From assembly GCA_040954595.2 (NCBI GenBank), contig CM082580.2, positions 13,318,242-13,382,241 on the forward strand: a stretch of 64,000 bases of DNA, written 5' to 3'. Position numbers and translations under genes: made by a program. Below the pieces are notes generated by a model. It saw nothing but the letters and a program-made list of their open reading frames with translations, was not told the DNA's origin and did not search any database. Shown one piece after another: positions 39,999 to 53,525 of the stretch; position 1 is the first letter of the stretch, and every line of letters begins with the position of its first letter. This stretch comes from Balanoglossus misakiensis. Taxonomy: Eukaryota; Animalia; Hemichordata.

Positions 39999-42439
39999 AT
40001 AAATATAAAAAAAATCTTGCCTTTCGATGTTTTATTTTTTTCGCGACGGCGGCTGTGACATATGCGAGGCACAAGCTTTTCACCAACAGCGCACGTGTTC
40101 CAGCGGTTTGCACGTGCCGTGGGTACGCCCTTTCCATTTGATGAAATCAGCGGGGCGTCAAGCCATTTACGTGCAGAAAATTGGAGCACTTTCACCTCTT
40201 AGTTTTCAAATGCACAACAAAATCCTATATTTAGCTTGCGAAAAGGTCACAGCGAACAAAAAACAAACAAAAGTCAGCGATTTCAAGGTTTGCATTGTAT
40301 TGATAAGTGTACGCAAGTGATGGTTAAATCAAAAAGTGGCACTGGCATGGTCGTTAATTTTCTGCGTTAATGACTTTGAACTTGTGTAAATGAAAAAAAA
40401 AAGTCCAGTGGAAAAAGTAAGAAAAATATATTTATGACAGTAGATTAAACTTTGACAACTTTACCCAGGAAAGTATAAAAACCTAAATGTAACTATTTTC
40501 ACTTAAGCGGAATAGATTTCTTAAATTTCCATGTATTGTTCAGGATATTTGAGATCTTAACTTCACCCCAAAATATACAACGTTGGAAGGTACATGTACA
40601 CTCTATCGCAAACACAAACGGCATCGATGATCGCCTATTCCCAATATTTGCGCAGTACTCCCCACGTTCTTTTGTCGGCCAGCGTTTTCAGGTATCGGAA
40701 CAAACAAAATAAAAAACATTCTCGATATGCAAGTTTGATCATCAATGCAACAGTACTTGTTTTAGGTCAGAATCATATAATGATTCCTGGGGAGTATGAC
40801 GTCATGAATTATGACTGCTTGGGATGCGATACGAAACATGTGGAGGGGATGCCTATGAGAGTAACACAACTCATATTTTATATGAGATCACAAATAGTCG
40901 AGTGTAGAGAAATAATTCTTAGCTGGCACAGGAGGGAGTCTCAGAGTTTGTTGGGAAACATAAACGAAATCTAAAGCAGAGAGAACGAGGCAAGGACAGA
41001 AAGATTTGGCGACAGAACACAAACGCACAAACTTGCCATTCTTTGAACGCATGTATTCATCACAATCAGGACCTTTACAACCGATTGGGAATGTTGGTGA
41101 AAATGTTATGCCAATCGTTAATTCACTTGGTACCCTTTGAACGCGAATTCTCTCACTGGCGACGTACAGACATCATTTTGAATCCTCAAACAAATTGTTA
41201 TGTGTCTTGGAGTAATCGCCACACTTCAAAGACACTCTGATGCGATTTTACCTGTCACTGTATTTCCATGCGCCTTCACGGACAAACTCTTACGACCAAG
41301 TTTCTGTTGGAATTCAAAATGAAGCCCTTTTACGTGGCCTAAGCCAGTAAGCACGATAAGATTTTGCCGGCAACACAAGACTTAAGATTTCATGTGTCCG
41401 GCATTCACTCTACGGCCAAGCTCTGCCTCTGTTTGACGTTCCTTGGCGATGAAGAGATTTTCAAATACGCACTGTAGGGACTTCTACCTGTTTCATAGGC
41501 GATCCATGCAATGTTGCCAGTGTAATCTTGGCTCAGTGGGGTACCTGGATCAGAGTGGCACAAAGTCATCCGGAGACAGACTTACATACAAATGGCCTCC
41601 CGGAGAAGAGAAAAAAATTATTTTCCGTCATGACCCCACCCCTCCCCCTCTCTCCCTCCACCACGATTACTTCGACACTAGTTGTCCTTCTTGGAGTTGT
41701 GAGAGTTCCACCATATTCTATATCAGTTTATGGTTGCTTAGATACCGCCAATTACATTATGACTAAAAAATCAATTTACCGCTACTTGATTCAAGTGTGC
41801 AACGTTGGTACTGGCTCGCCACCATGGTTTCAATCCGTAAATGCAATGTGAATGGTGTTAAAGTTTATATTTCAGAATAACTCTCCACGATAACTTCTGC
41901 CCCGTTCTGCATTGCCACGCCCGCATCCCCCCCCCCCCGACACTTTGAAATGTTTCTGTTGCATGTTACAATTTGTCTGGTGTCGTCTCGTTTGGCAATG
42001 TGGCCCAGCAGACATGAGCGAAATGCAAAATCGCATGAAAATATGGCGACATTTGTCAAGCTGCAGGTGTTCCTTGGTCCTTATCACAACTCGTCACCCC
42101 ATTAAGCATTTCCCGCCCTTTTAGGATGGCAAAAAATCAAAATGATGGATGGTCTTGCTTATCCTACTCGGGTTACGGCGTTTCAGACAGTCCGTGGAAG
42201 TATTTGAAATAAATACACAACACTAATCGATGGGAGGATGAGCTTCTGTGGCAAGTTCAGGATTAGTAAGGGCGGTATCCATGGAAACGAGTCAACTATT
42301 CTTTTATCGTCACTCCACTGCCAGTTTGGAACACCAATAACTCGGTTTCCATATTATCTAGTTGCCCATATCCGGTTCCACAATATGGCGAAAGGTCTAG
42401 ATTTCATTACATTCTAACCATATCACTCGATATTACCAC

Positions 42440-42471
42440 GAGTTAGCTAATCCCTATGAGTTAGCTAATCC
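42440..42471. repeat. 14-bp direct repeat with an 18-nt period
   Basis: GAGTTAGCTAATCC at 42440-42453 and 42458-42471. Confidence 0.9.
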
Positions 42472-44606
42472 AGTCTAGTCTCACAATACAAGCCTAAACA
42501 GCCCGGATTTGCACAGTGTTCTAATCTTGCTCCGTTCAGATTTGGTGATATGCTAATCTGGCGGGATTTAGACATATTTCCTTGCTAATTCACCGTGATG
42601 CCATCTTGTCAGATAAAACAATATTTTAGCTAGATTTCATACATGCTGCGCTCTCTGCTTGGGTTATTATGGTTAGTAGTTTGACTATATTTGAGTTTGG
42701 CTAGGTACACTTTGACCCCGCTTATTAACGACCACGGTGACTCCACACTTTACAGTGACAGATTCGTCCCACCTCACCGCTGCACATCGGCATCATCACT
42801 CTACTTGAATATTCAGTGTGCGTTAGCCCGGAATTACAACGCCGGAGACCTCGTCTAATTGACGTTTGAAACCACCATTCATTCCCTGACAAATGAAATT
42901 CTCTCCATTGCACCAACCTTCAACCCAGTCGTTAGAACTCTCATATTAATAGATCATTATAGCTCGACTGCAAAGTAATGGGAAGTGGGTTCTCAGTCAG
43001 TGATACCTGTATATGCGGTAGGCACTGTGATTGACACTTTCACGCGTTTTGGAGTCAGACAATGTCAACAAGACGTTGGTATGTTTTGGTAAGGTGTTCG
43101 ACAACTATAACAGAATAGTTCCAGACGTCACTTCCTGGAAACTTTTAGGGAGTGTGTAATTTTTGGGCGCGCCTTATTTCGAAATCACAATAACCAAATA
43201 TGAACCACATTCCCAAGAACTTTCCAAGAACTTTTGCATTGACCATAGACGACAGCAGGGTCTTGTGTTCAAAGAGAATTTACTGGAGTTTAAACTAACT
43301 GAGGCCAAGTTTAATTTTGCAAGGTCTACAGGTCAATAACCTCCACCTCACGTACATGACCTTAACAGAGAATCCTTCAAAGGGCATTTTATAACTTTGA
43401 ATTCTTGGCTGCATTGTTTTCCTTGCTGGCAGGTAGGTGACCATGTCCGAAATCGTCCTTGTGCTACGTGTGGCTATGTGTGTGCTTGACATTGTTTTCT
43501 CTATGAAAGGTGACTGCCAACGAGTCTTGATGTGACCTCAGGTTAAGTGGAACTCTTAAACCAGGTTGAAGGGCGAATGTGATGAAGACGATCATACAGC
43601 GCTATACAGCCTTTTGGTTTCCCAGGGTTACTGACGGGCCGCGCGGTGGCCATAAGTTACGATTAAGCTGCGAGATAAAATCGGGATCTGTCATACCTCC
43701 TCAGATCAGCCTAGTCTCTGATGTCATTATTCCGTTGTAAAATTCATTGTTCGTTTCCCAACAGTATGCATCATTGTACATCGACCTATCTGATACACGC
43801 ATCGCTGTACATTCCTACGACTAATCGCGGTGGCGTGTACTCGAGATTCGCGGCAGGCGGCGTCTGAAAACACAAAACGGCTTTAGTTGCGTCCTCGGAG
43901 GCCGTCACGTAATTAAAAGAGAATTTCTGTGCCCCGTCCGCTCCACGGAGGAGTTTTTATTCCGTATTATGTGCTTCTTGAATCTGTTTCGTGCTTTGGC
44001 TTTCAACTCCGTTCATACGCACTTGGACACGGTCCCCAGGGAGACGCGACGCGTGCCCCGGGTCCGTAATAGTGCCACGGGTTAAGTCGCTGAGCAAGTT
44101 AATCTTTATTTCCTGTTTGAGTAAACAAACACCCAAGGCATCGGTGACGTACAAGTCTGTTGCATCACGAAACACATTGTCTTACATTCAAACGTTTCAT
44201 GCCAAGGACATGCCATCACCTTCAGGGCGTTCAACACAATTGAAAAAGAAAATCTATTGCAACCTAATCGACCAAACTAAGTAATATGTGTACAGCGACT
44301 TATTCCTCTTCCCATTATATGTTAATTTACCGTCAGTTCTAATTGTGTTCTGACAATATCAACTGCGCAAATAAACGGTATAATAACATTGTCAAGGAAA
44401 AGCGGACATTTTTACACATTTCAAGTTTGCATTGAATGAAGAGAGAGAGGTTGACTGAGAAGAAGGGCGCCTGGAGTAAAGGAAAGTTAGCAAATAGCGT
44501 CAAGATAGAAACAATTCCCTCGAGGCCATACGGTCACAAGTTTTTACTTTTGTCGGTATTGGCTCGGTTACTGTAAACACCACAGACCACGTAACGGAGA
44601 TACTAG

Positions 44607-44652
44607 TAGATAGATAGATAGACAGATAGACAGACAGACAGACAGACAGACA
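44607..44652. repeat. Compound (TAGA)n(CAGA)n tetranucleotide microsatellite
   Basis: tagatagatagatagacagatagacagacagacagacagacagaca. Confidence 0.92.
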
Positions 44653-46590
44653 GTGTAGTTTCTGCGTTACTATTTTCTTACATAGATCAACTATAGGATC
44701 TAGGACATTGGCCGGTGTACGTATAAGGTATGCGCTTAGGGAGACAGTTAATGTGGAATTTCTTGAGAAATATTAATAGCTGTTTTTAGTGTTCATTGAT
44801 TACACAGATGGCGAAATTCGATATCACGGACAGGTTATTGGAGCAACTTTCAGAAACAACGCGTCGCAACGTCTCAATTTTTAAGTCGCCAGTAGAAAAT
44901 TACAAGTCTGACCTTTCACCCGACCTTTGACATGAGCAAAGGGACCGCGGCATCTGTCACGGAATACGTCATGAGTGATTTCAATAATCATGATATCTGA
45001 TTTTCAGAAGACAAAGGGATCACATGATTATCTTTATGTATCAGAAAAAACTTTCAATTGATGTTGTCATATAAAAAGAAAGACAGAAAGAAGGAAGGAA
45101 GTTCGTAATGTTCATTAAAATTTATCCAGATTCCAGGTCTTAGCTCACAATGATTGGCGAAGACTTTGTTTTTCATAGTCATGTGATTCACTGAATGGAA
45201 GCGGACCTCAACACACCGTGACTCCATCTGGGAGATGTTGGTCCCGGTACGACATTTAGGGGCGGGGCTCCACGAACCCACTTTGCATGCTGGGAAGAGG
45301 TTGTCCGTACTTAATAGTTTAAAGGGGAAACATCGTCACTAATGATACATTTGTCCGGAGAGTGGGCGGATATGTACCCATGTCGACATAACAAAGACTG
45401 ACTTGACCACCATCTAATCCCTTGACCAGCGACATGTTGTGGGCGGCCAGAAGCGAACTTCAAGTGTCGCACAAAGAATCTTAATTATCAACTGATGGAA
45501 GTCTAACACCAAGATTTGACTGATCTGTAAGAACATGGTGTCTTGGACGTGTGCTTGGTCCATACGAAACATTTTAAGAATTAATTAATGGCACGAGAGG
45601 AGTTAGGCGCGCGTAATATTTGTCAAAATAATTGGCGAGAAAAATCGATGTCGATTTCCGAGGCAAACATGGGAGGACTATATTGATACTCTGTATACTT
45701 TTCCGAGAAATCGATTGGTGAAATTGTACATAAAGGCACCACTGCGGTTGACCTCATCTCTAAACGTAATTGCCTCCCAGAATAATCCAAAAAGAGTGAC
45801 GAATTATCGAATTTTCGATCCGTCCACACTGAGCAGAAAGGCTACCGTTTTTTACATGTACACTAACATATGTTGTTTTTCACGAATGTCTGTATTATTA
45901 ACAATTCTTTACTGACATCTAAAAACAGTGGAAACTGTGCAGAATGGGGTGCCATTGTTTGGCGCGCTTTCATTTCTATCTGAAACGATGGAACTCTATG
46001 TTTATCTATGATTTTTGGCAAGGGCCGTTCCTTCCCAGGGCGAAGACTGCGCGCGCGTGGACTCGGCTGCTAATTAGGCATCCTACGCGTGCGCGTGTGT
46101 AATTTTCCAGCAAGCGCCCCGGGGCAGTGAATTCATTCCCATTCTGCAAGATACACCGGTAACATTGTTCGTGCTCATTGTTTTTGTTGTGCATTTCGGC
46201 TAAATTTGCCTCGGGAAACGAAACGAAAAAGGCGCAAAGAGGATGGCGATAAACGGAAGTTCTTAACAAAACTCGAATTAAGCAAAGATGAAGCATTATT
46301 GAAAAAATCGAGAAAGTAATCCGCATGTGCTTTTTGCTGAGAATATTGACATTCCCACGTAAAAACGGAACTTCGTTTCAGTTTACTAAAATTAAGCCCC
46401 CCCCTCCCCTTGGATACGCCAATAGCTTACAGAATACAATGATGATGAAAACTTGGGGGTATTGAGCTAGTGGTCAACATAGCTAGAAAAATACGACTCT
46501 TGATTGAAAATTGAAACTAAACTGAGGAAAAGTCATTCCCAGATTTCAATTTTGGCAAGTTTACTTTCTAAATTGAAAAGTTAAATTCTA

Positions 46591-46652
46591 CTCTCCCTGT
46601 CTCTATCTCTGCCTCTCTATCTCCGTCTGTCTGTCTGTGTGTGTCTCTCTCT
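46591..46652. repeat. Low-complexity CT/CTGT tract
   Basis: ctctccctgtctctatctctgcctctctatctccgtctgtctgtctgtgtgtgtctctctct. Confidence 0.75.
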
Positions 46653-49600
46653 GGCAGCATGTTTCATGAATATTAAACGGTATCTCTCTCTCTATTCACT
46701 TAGTTAATCCGGCGGGTCTTAGTCATCGCAGTAAAGTTAACCTGTTGGTTTATAAACAATTAAGGCAAACAGAAGATCATCAACGAGCAATTGAATCAGT
46801 TAATGTATCACCCCCCCCCCCCAATTCCGTTTGGACCATTTCACAAAGTTAAAATTGTGAAATTTAACACGTTATATCCGTGGTGTCATGAAACTGATTT
46901 CGGCGTTTTTAGATCTTGATGCAAACTCAAAGTTGATGATGCTATCATTCATTCATCAAACAGTGTGACGTACGCAGCCACACAAAAAAACTTTATGTGT
47001 ATCAAGTTGTGTCTTGTTCTATAGAGCATAGACAGTAGAGAGTCTACCGCCATTGTCATCCTGTACTTCGCCACAATATCCCTTTCTTACTTCGCGGTTT
47101 CAGGCATGCGCAGTAGCACGCGTGGACAAATCCGCCTTTTGTTATTTTTTTACAGACTGTAAAACCTTGCGATTGTGACTGACGTATTTTACTTCCCTTC
47201 AACACTACGCTACACGCAATTGCCCATTAATGCGACACGCACACAATGACGTGACATTACACCCGTACTTAATAAAACCTCAGTCGGTATTTTCACGCCA
47301 TTTTAACTCGGCTAGGACCACCCTTATAAAAGACAAGTTTATTATTTTGATAAATTTGAGACCAAAGCCAATCATCGTGAGATCTGTAGCTACACTTTTA
47401 CATCTATAGGACATTACGCTTACAGTACAAATAATATTGGGACACCACGTGACCGGCGCGGCTACTGAGAAATTAAAGGTTGGAGTGGACGATTCTAGCT
47501 GTTCATAGAATTAAACTGGTTAATGTTTAAAGCGCCATTAGCTGTAACCTGTGACTATGATTTCATTATTTTTTATCTGAGTATCAACCGCAGTTTCTTG
47601 CTTAACTTCCTTAGATACATGAAACACCAGGCGTTTTGCATATCAGCGTAGCCTAGCATGTCTGAGCAATCAACCTAGTTTTTAACACAGTCCCTCACTG
47701 TATTTTTTAAATATTTGTCAACAATAATGACGGGCGCTGCACATAGGCTACATTGTACTGTCCAACATCGAGAATACTTGGTATGTTAGCATCAGTGTTA
47801 GTAAAGAACGCGAATACTGAAACATTCAAAATGTGCAGCTATTGCCCCTTCAACAGGGCTTGATGAAAACATACAGAAACGTGTACGGGATCTGCCAGAA
47901 CCGATTATCGGAGATCAGAGGTGCAGTCAAACAATTTATTATACCCGGATTTTTTTATTTTCAAACTCACGCCTCCACTTAATATTTGGCAATAAACAAT
48001 TGAATTTTTGGAATTCCTCTGTATGCTAGAACGGCAGAGTGGACTTAGCCGGAATTTAGCCAACCACAAAAATAAATCCGGACTTTGACCCAATTTTATC
48101 CAATTAGAAGTGTTCCAAGTACTATGTCCTCTGCTGAAAGGTCAGACGAGGAAAAATAAATCGTTTGATAAGAATCTATACTTTAATCTTTATTTAAGTA
48201 TGACCAGCTCAGCCGTGTGCACCTTTTCCTACGATGACTAAACGGCGTTCTTTGATCTCGGGGATAATGAATGAGCGTGGCTGAGATAAAGAACAAGCGT
48301 TGTTGAAGCTTTGTCTGAAAAGTCCGTCGCTGGCTGTTATGTTGTCAACGGCGGCGTCGGAGACCGGCGCCTGGTCACAACAGCGTCCCCAACGTCAGTT
48401 TGCGCAGTGTGGCACTTCGATACTAAACCTGTCTCAGCTTAGTAGAAATAAATGCTCAGACAACTACAACTGTGGTAGCTGTCCGAGGAAAAGCAAACAA
48501 ACAAACAAACGAATGCTGATGTCTCATCACTTCTCTGAGCGACGTTCATGAGAATTATTTGAGTCTTAATCTGACAAGTTAGATCCGATCAGTGTTCTTA
48601 ATGGAAAGTAGAAGTTTCACAAAGGCCCAGTTGCTATAGTAAGTTTTTTTAACATGACACAATTTCGTCACTATATTTCTTTCCTATTGATATCTACGAA
48701 ATGTAAATTAGAAATTCAGATCGAAAGGTCAACTCTTCAGAAACTTCAAATTGCGACCAGGTCTAGCTCTCAAACTCAATGTTTGATGACGTCAGAACGA
48801 GAGAGATGGAATTTGGGGCGTGTGCCCTTCAAGTACGCCAAAACCACTTCACTCTCTTTCACGAGGTCTACTACAGAGCGAGAAAAGCACTTCTTGCACC
48901 AGCTGAAACCAGTTTTTTTTTGTTCCATTTTTACAAGGGAGAAAATAAGAAGAGGCGGGTCGATGGAGACATGGAAGCAAAGAGCTGTGAATCGGAGGGG
49001 CTTCTTCGGTGAACAAAAGCCACAGTTTGGGAATTTCCCATGTGCGGACGACCCTTTTACACGCTAGTGATGGTAAATGCTCTGCAGCGCTGCACCAAGA
49101 CATTTTAAACCCATTAGACTGGGGGCAATAGCGCTACTTAGATAACCGTGCCTCTTATTACTCTATCAATAATATAGATTCTCGATTGAGATGGTTCATT
49201 TCAAAGGAACCCCACGTGAAATATGACAAGTTGAAATGGAGTGAAACAACCAGGCCTTCATCCGTCGATTCGGAGTATTCTCTGGAAATCTCCGTCACAT
49301 GACAGCTACAGAAAAGGCGACAGGGGAAATGAAATGATTTTGAGGACTGCATCCAAACAGTTTATCGGAAAATTGTATTCTGTTTCTTTCGACTGAGCTG
49401 AGATTGCGGCCGACTCGTACAATGCCGAAAAGTTTCACTTATTATATGTGTTTTGAGCGCCTGTCGATAAGCTGTCGTCATTCACCGATCGTTTGCACAG
49501 ATGTGACATTTCAGGGCAAATTTCGAGTTTCGAATCACCTTTCCAGCTCATGGCTTCACTGAAATGTTTGACAGTTATGCTTAATCTGAAAATCATCAAT

Positions 49601-52600
49601 TTACTCGACACAGAAGTTTTCAGTTGTCTAATGATTACTCAACGCCAGGAATGACTCTATCGTTTGTCATTTTTCATCGCTTATTGCTCTATTCATTATT
49701 CATAAACCCCTTTCATTGATCGATTTCGCAATAAAAAACTTCAAATATGAAGAAAGTATGCCACTTCATTCAACAGATAATATATGTCCTAGGTTAATAC
49801 AATAAAAAAAAATTACCAATAAATATCTGGTGTTGCAAATTTTGATGTAGAAGACTGCCAAACTTGATTTATGCCAATGGTCTTGCTAGAAGTAACGATT
49901 TTGTCGTCCGATTTCTCCCGGACGGTGGTATTTTGGTCAAGACTTTTCATATACAATAGTTATCATTCTGTTGTCCGTGATTGCACCAGTCTTTGCAATG
50001 AGCACCGACTGTAAACGGACGATTTCATCTCATTTCTATTATTTAACAATCCAAGCTAAAAATTTCCACGATAAATTATTGAAATTGTTTGATAAAATGA
50101 AGTTATCATTAGTTGTGTAAATAACAACTCCTCCGAGACTATTTGGATATCAGTGATTCAAGATAAACTCTGGGCCCATTGTATAATCTGTGTGATCGGT
50201 GAATGAAACAGAATCATGTCTGCGTTCCCGACATAAGTGATGACTTAGTGAAGTGGGGGAGTCCACTGGAGGCGTAGATTCACCGTTCTGGGCAGTGGGT
50301 TTATCCCTTAACGATTGTTGGAACATTCAATCTAAACTTGAGGTGATACAAAACTCACTCTCGCTGGAGTACAATCTGTTATCATCAGTTTGCGCAAGTT
50401 CTCTCTCAGAGAAGGGGTCTTTAAAAGCAATGTCCTCTTTCAAGTTCGCGCTGAGCGTTTCGACGCAATGAAGTAATTTCAGACAACATAGTTGAAATAC
50501 ACAGCAAAAATGATGAAAACAAACTTTAAGTGAATTTTTACTTGTGTAAAAAACTGTAACTTTGTCATCTGGAATGTCACAGTAAGGACACTGCTGGTGG
50601 AGTTGAAGAGGTTAACACAAGTTAATATTGCAAAAATAAAGAATATTTCAAAAAGGTGGAAACACGCAGCTGAAAACATACATATGCAGCTCGGAATGGC
50701 CCAGCGAAGCAAACACGACTTCACCGCTCCACGCTCCAATGGTTAATTTCCCCGTGATATCAGCGTCATCCATCGTTCAATGATTTCATTTGCCACGCTT
50801 GGCAATCTGGATAATCATCGAGAATTTAACGAGGTGAATGATACGTTAAGTCGAATCCTGTAATCGGCTCCGAATTCAGAGTGTCCCAAAGTTCGGAGAG
50901 GGCTGTTACTTTTCGACTGCAGCGACTATGAACTTTGGTTTGGGCTTGAGTAGTCGCAGATCTTCTGTCGTTTTCCACTGCCGTTCAAATGTTCTTTGAT
51001 TTGGGAATCCTGATAAATTGTGACGGGGAATAACCGAACCAAACGCTGCGGCTAGAATCACTGTCGATTTTCGATTTTCAGCGACACAGAAAACGTCGCA
51101 CACTGTCAAACCTCCTAAAACGTGCCTTTTCTGAATATTACCATCACATGCACACATTTCATTCGAAAAACGTCAATAAACCCAATTACCATTTATATTA
51201 ACAGGCTTTTAAATATTTTCCTCCAAATGTCTATCGTCTTTGGATGACTGGCAAGAAATAAAACCTGGCAACTGAAATAAACTGTGAACCACCCTTGTAT
51301 GAGAAGTCAGATGACACTCTTTTCGAAAAGACATCTTACAGGCTCATCGGATTCACGTGTACCAGAAATAGGCGAAGAAAAAACTGTTTCTCTGCGTCTT
51401 TGGAACGAAAATTGCGTTAATAGAACCATAATGATATACTAGTATACAAGCAAAAAAACTGTTTGGTGAATTTCATTACAGCGCAAGGTTTTGCATGCTT
51501 GATATGGGCATTAAAAGCTTAGAGCCCGAACTAATACACTATGGTCCTCTTGAAGTCTACTCGACTAGGTTTCTCGTCGGTAGCATATAGCCGTTCCTCA
51601 GACGGTTCCACCTGTCGGTTATAGTGTTTTCGATTTCATACTCGAGCTAGGGCAGTGGATCGATCGCTTGGCTAGTCACTCTTTTAAGTGAAATACACGT
51701 GGAATCTTTGTACCCGGCACCAATGTGAACATATTTATGTTTTCAGTTGGCGGGAAAAAATTATGGATATTTCACTGACTTGAACATGATCGAACATTCA
51801 AGGAGAAAATTAGACTATGTTGGTACAATCGACGATAGCCACATTCGGGTCGTCGAGATTTGGCAGTCGTTATGATTTTGGCGTTGAATTTGCCTCCATT
51901 TCCAGGTGCAATTTAGTTTTCTGTCCATTACATCTAGTCGAGCAGAGTCATGTGGGAAAAAATTGGGATAATTTAAACATGCTTTTAAAAAATCATGCAA
52001 AGACTGAAGACGCCGTCTGTTTGCGTATATAATGCTGTTAACCTGTCAGTCACGTGTTATCTCTGACAAACTCATACTTAAGCTTGTTCAAGTTTCAGAA
52101 CCTGTTCAAATCAACCAAAATGTCGACTTCGAAAAATTCACCAAACTGAATACAGCCGAATTCTAGCGCTGATAGATGTTGACTCCCCAAAAGTCACTGT
52201 AGCATAAAAAAGACTCGTAAAGGCGTCGCAAACCAAGCTTATCTATCAAGACTCCTCCTCGGGAATATCAAGTTGCAAGTGATGAATCTCAAAGTTGACT
52301 GAATGGAAGGAGAGTATAAACATGGCCATCGGCAAATTCTGGAAAAGCTGAAATGGGACTTCAAACTTTGAGTCCAGAGCAGGACTATAGTTTTGTTTTC
52401 TGTTTTTGGCTGTAAACATGAGATCGATGACTTGATCAGAACGTTTGATGATAAATGTTTACATTTTTTCATCATAAGGTTTTAAACAGGTATATAGTGC
52501 TGCCGGGTCGGCCGGATGTGACGCATGTTGGCTGATCAATGTTTCAAAAAGCGCGGGATGATGAGGCCGGAGGCTGCAATACTATCATGGACACGTATTA

Positions 52601-53525
52601 GCATTTAGTCAATATGAAAAAAGGGTTGCAAATGTCTGGCCAGAGGGTTTGTGATGATCCATATGAGAACAGGTGTCACTCGATCGTCAGTTTATTGGAT
52701 TTTCGGCGCTATTTCTGAATATTTTTCATATTTTGCGTGCGCGCTCGGCTGCGACGTATCCAGGGTAGCAGCACCACTATCGACATCAGAGCTAAACCTA
52801 ACTTAGAAAGTTAGATACACAGGGGATGTTGAAATATAACTCTTTGCAGAGTAATACTTCTCACAGAACAGCAGTGATTTGGCTTGGAGTCCAACTCTGC
52901 TGGTTGCTCTCTCGCGACCAGTTAAAGTCACTCGCAATCGAATCTTTTCCATTGGAAAGTAGGCATGGCGCTCGTAAATATTATCCCACAAAATGGACGA
53001 TTTTCGATTTTGAAACCCACTAACCCTTGATATATTGTATGTCTGAGAACATACTGCCAACCAGAATGCTTGTTCACAGATGCTGTTTGGTAAATGTTAT
53101 AATGGACTCAGGCTTTCTCGCGTTTTAAAAGAAAGTTCTTGTTCTGTGAAACAACCTATTCTTACAGCCTGCAATTCTCAATGCAATACATGAAAAGCCT
53201 GGTGTGGAGAACGGGGTTTGATAACCCTACCAAGTGTGCATATTTCCACGCTTAATTGAAATTTCTTCGATTTTATTCCGCTGTACAACTGAAGCCCACG
53301 TGAGTGAAATCGACAAGGCGTTCCTTTCATGGTCAGGTTTGAAGCATATAAATATGTATTCGCTCGCAGAAAAAAAAAGAGTTATCGATTTTAGACAAAG
53401 CTCCGAGTGAAAAGCACTGTCGTTTTACCGTTGCCGGAAGAGGTATTACTTCTTTCTTTCTTACACAGTAACATCCCACTCAAACCTCTATTACTTTGAG
53501 AATAGTTTAGAAGTAGTGGTTCAAT

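Noticed and set aside
44730-44900. Possible decayed non-autonomous transposon fragments (also ~47020-47120 and 63770-64000)
   Set aside because: Only a vague resemblance to marine invertebrate repeat ends; no terminal-repeat pair, target-site duplication or second copy in the window.
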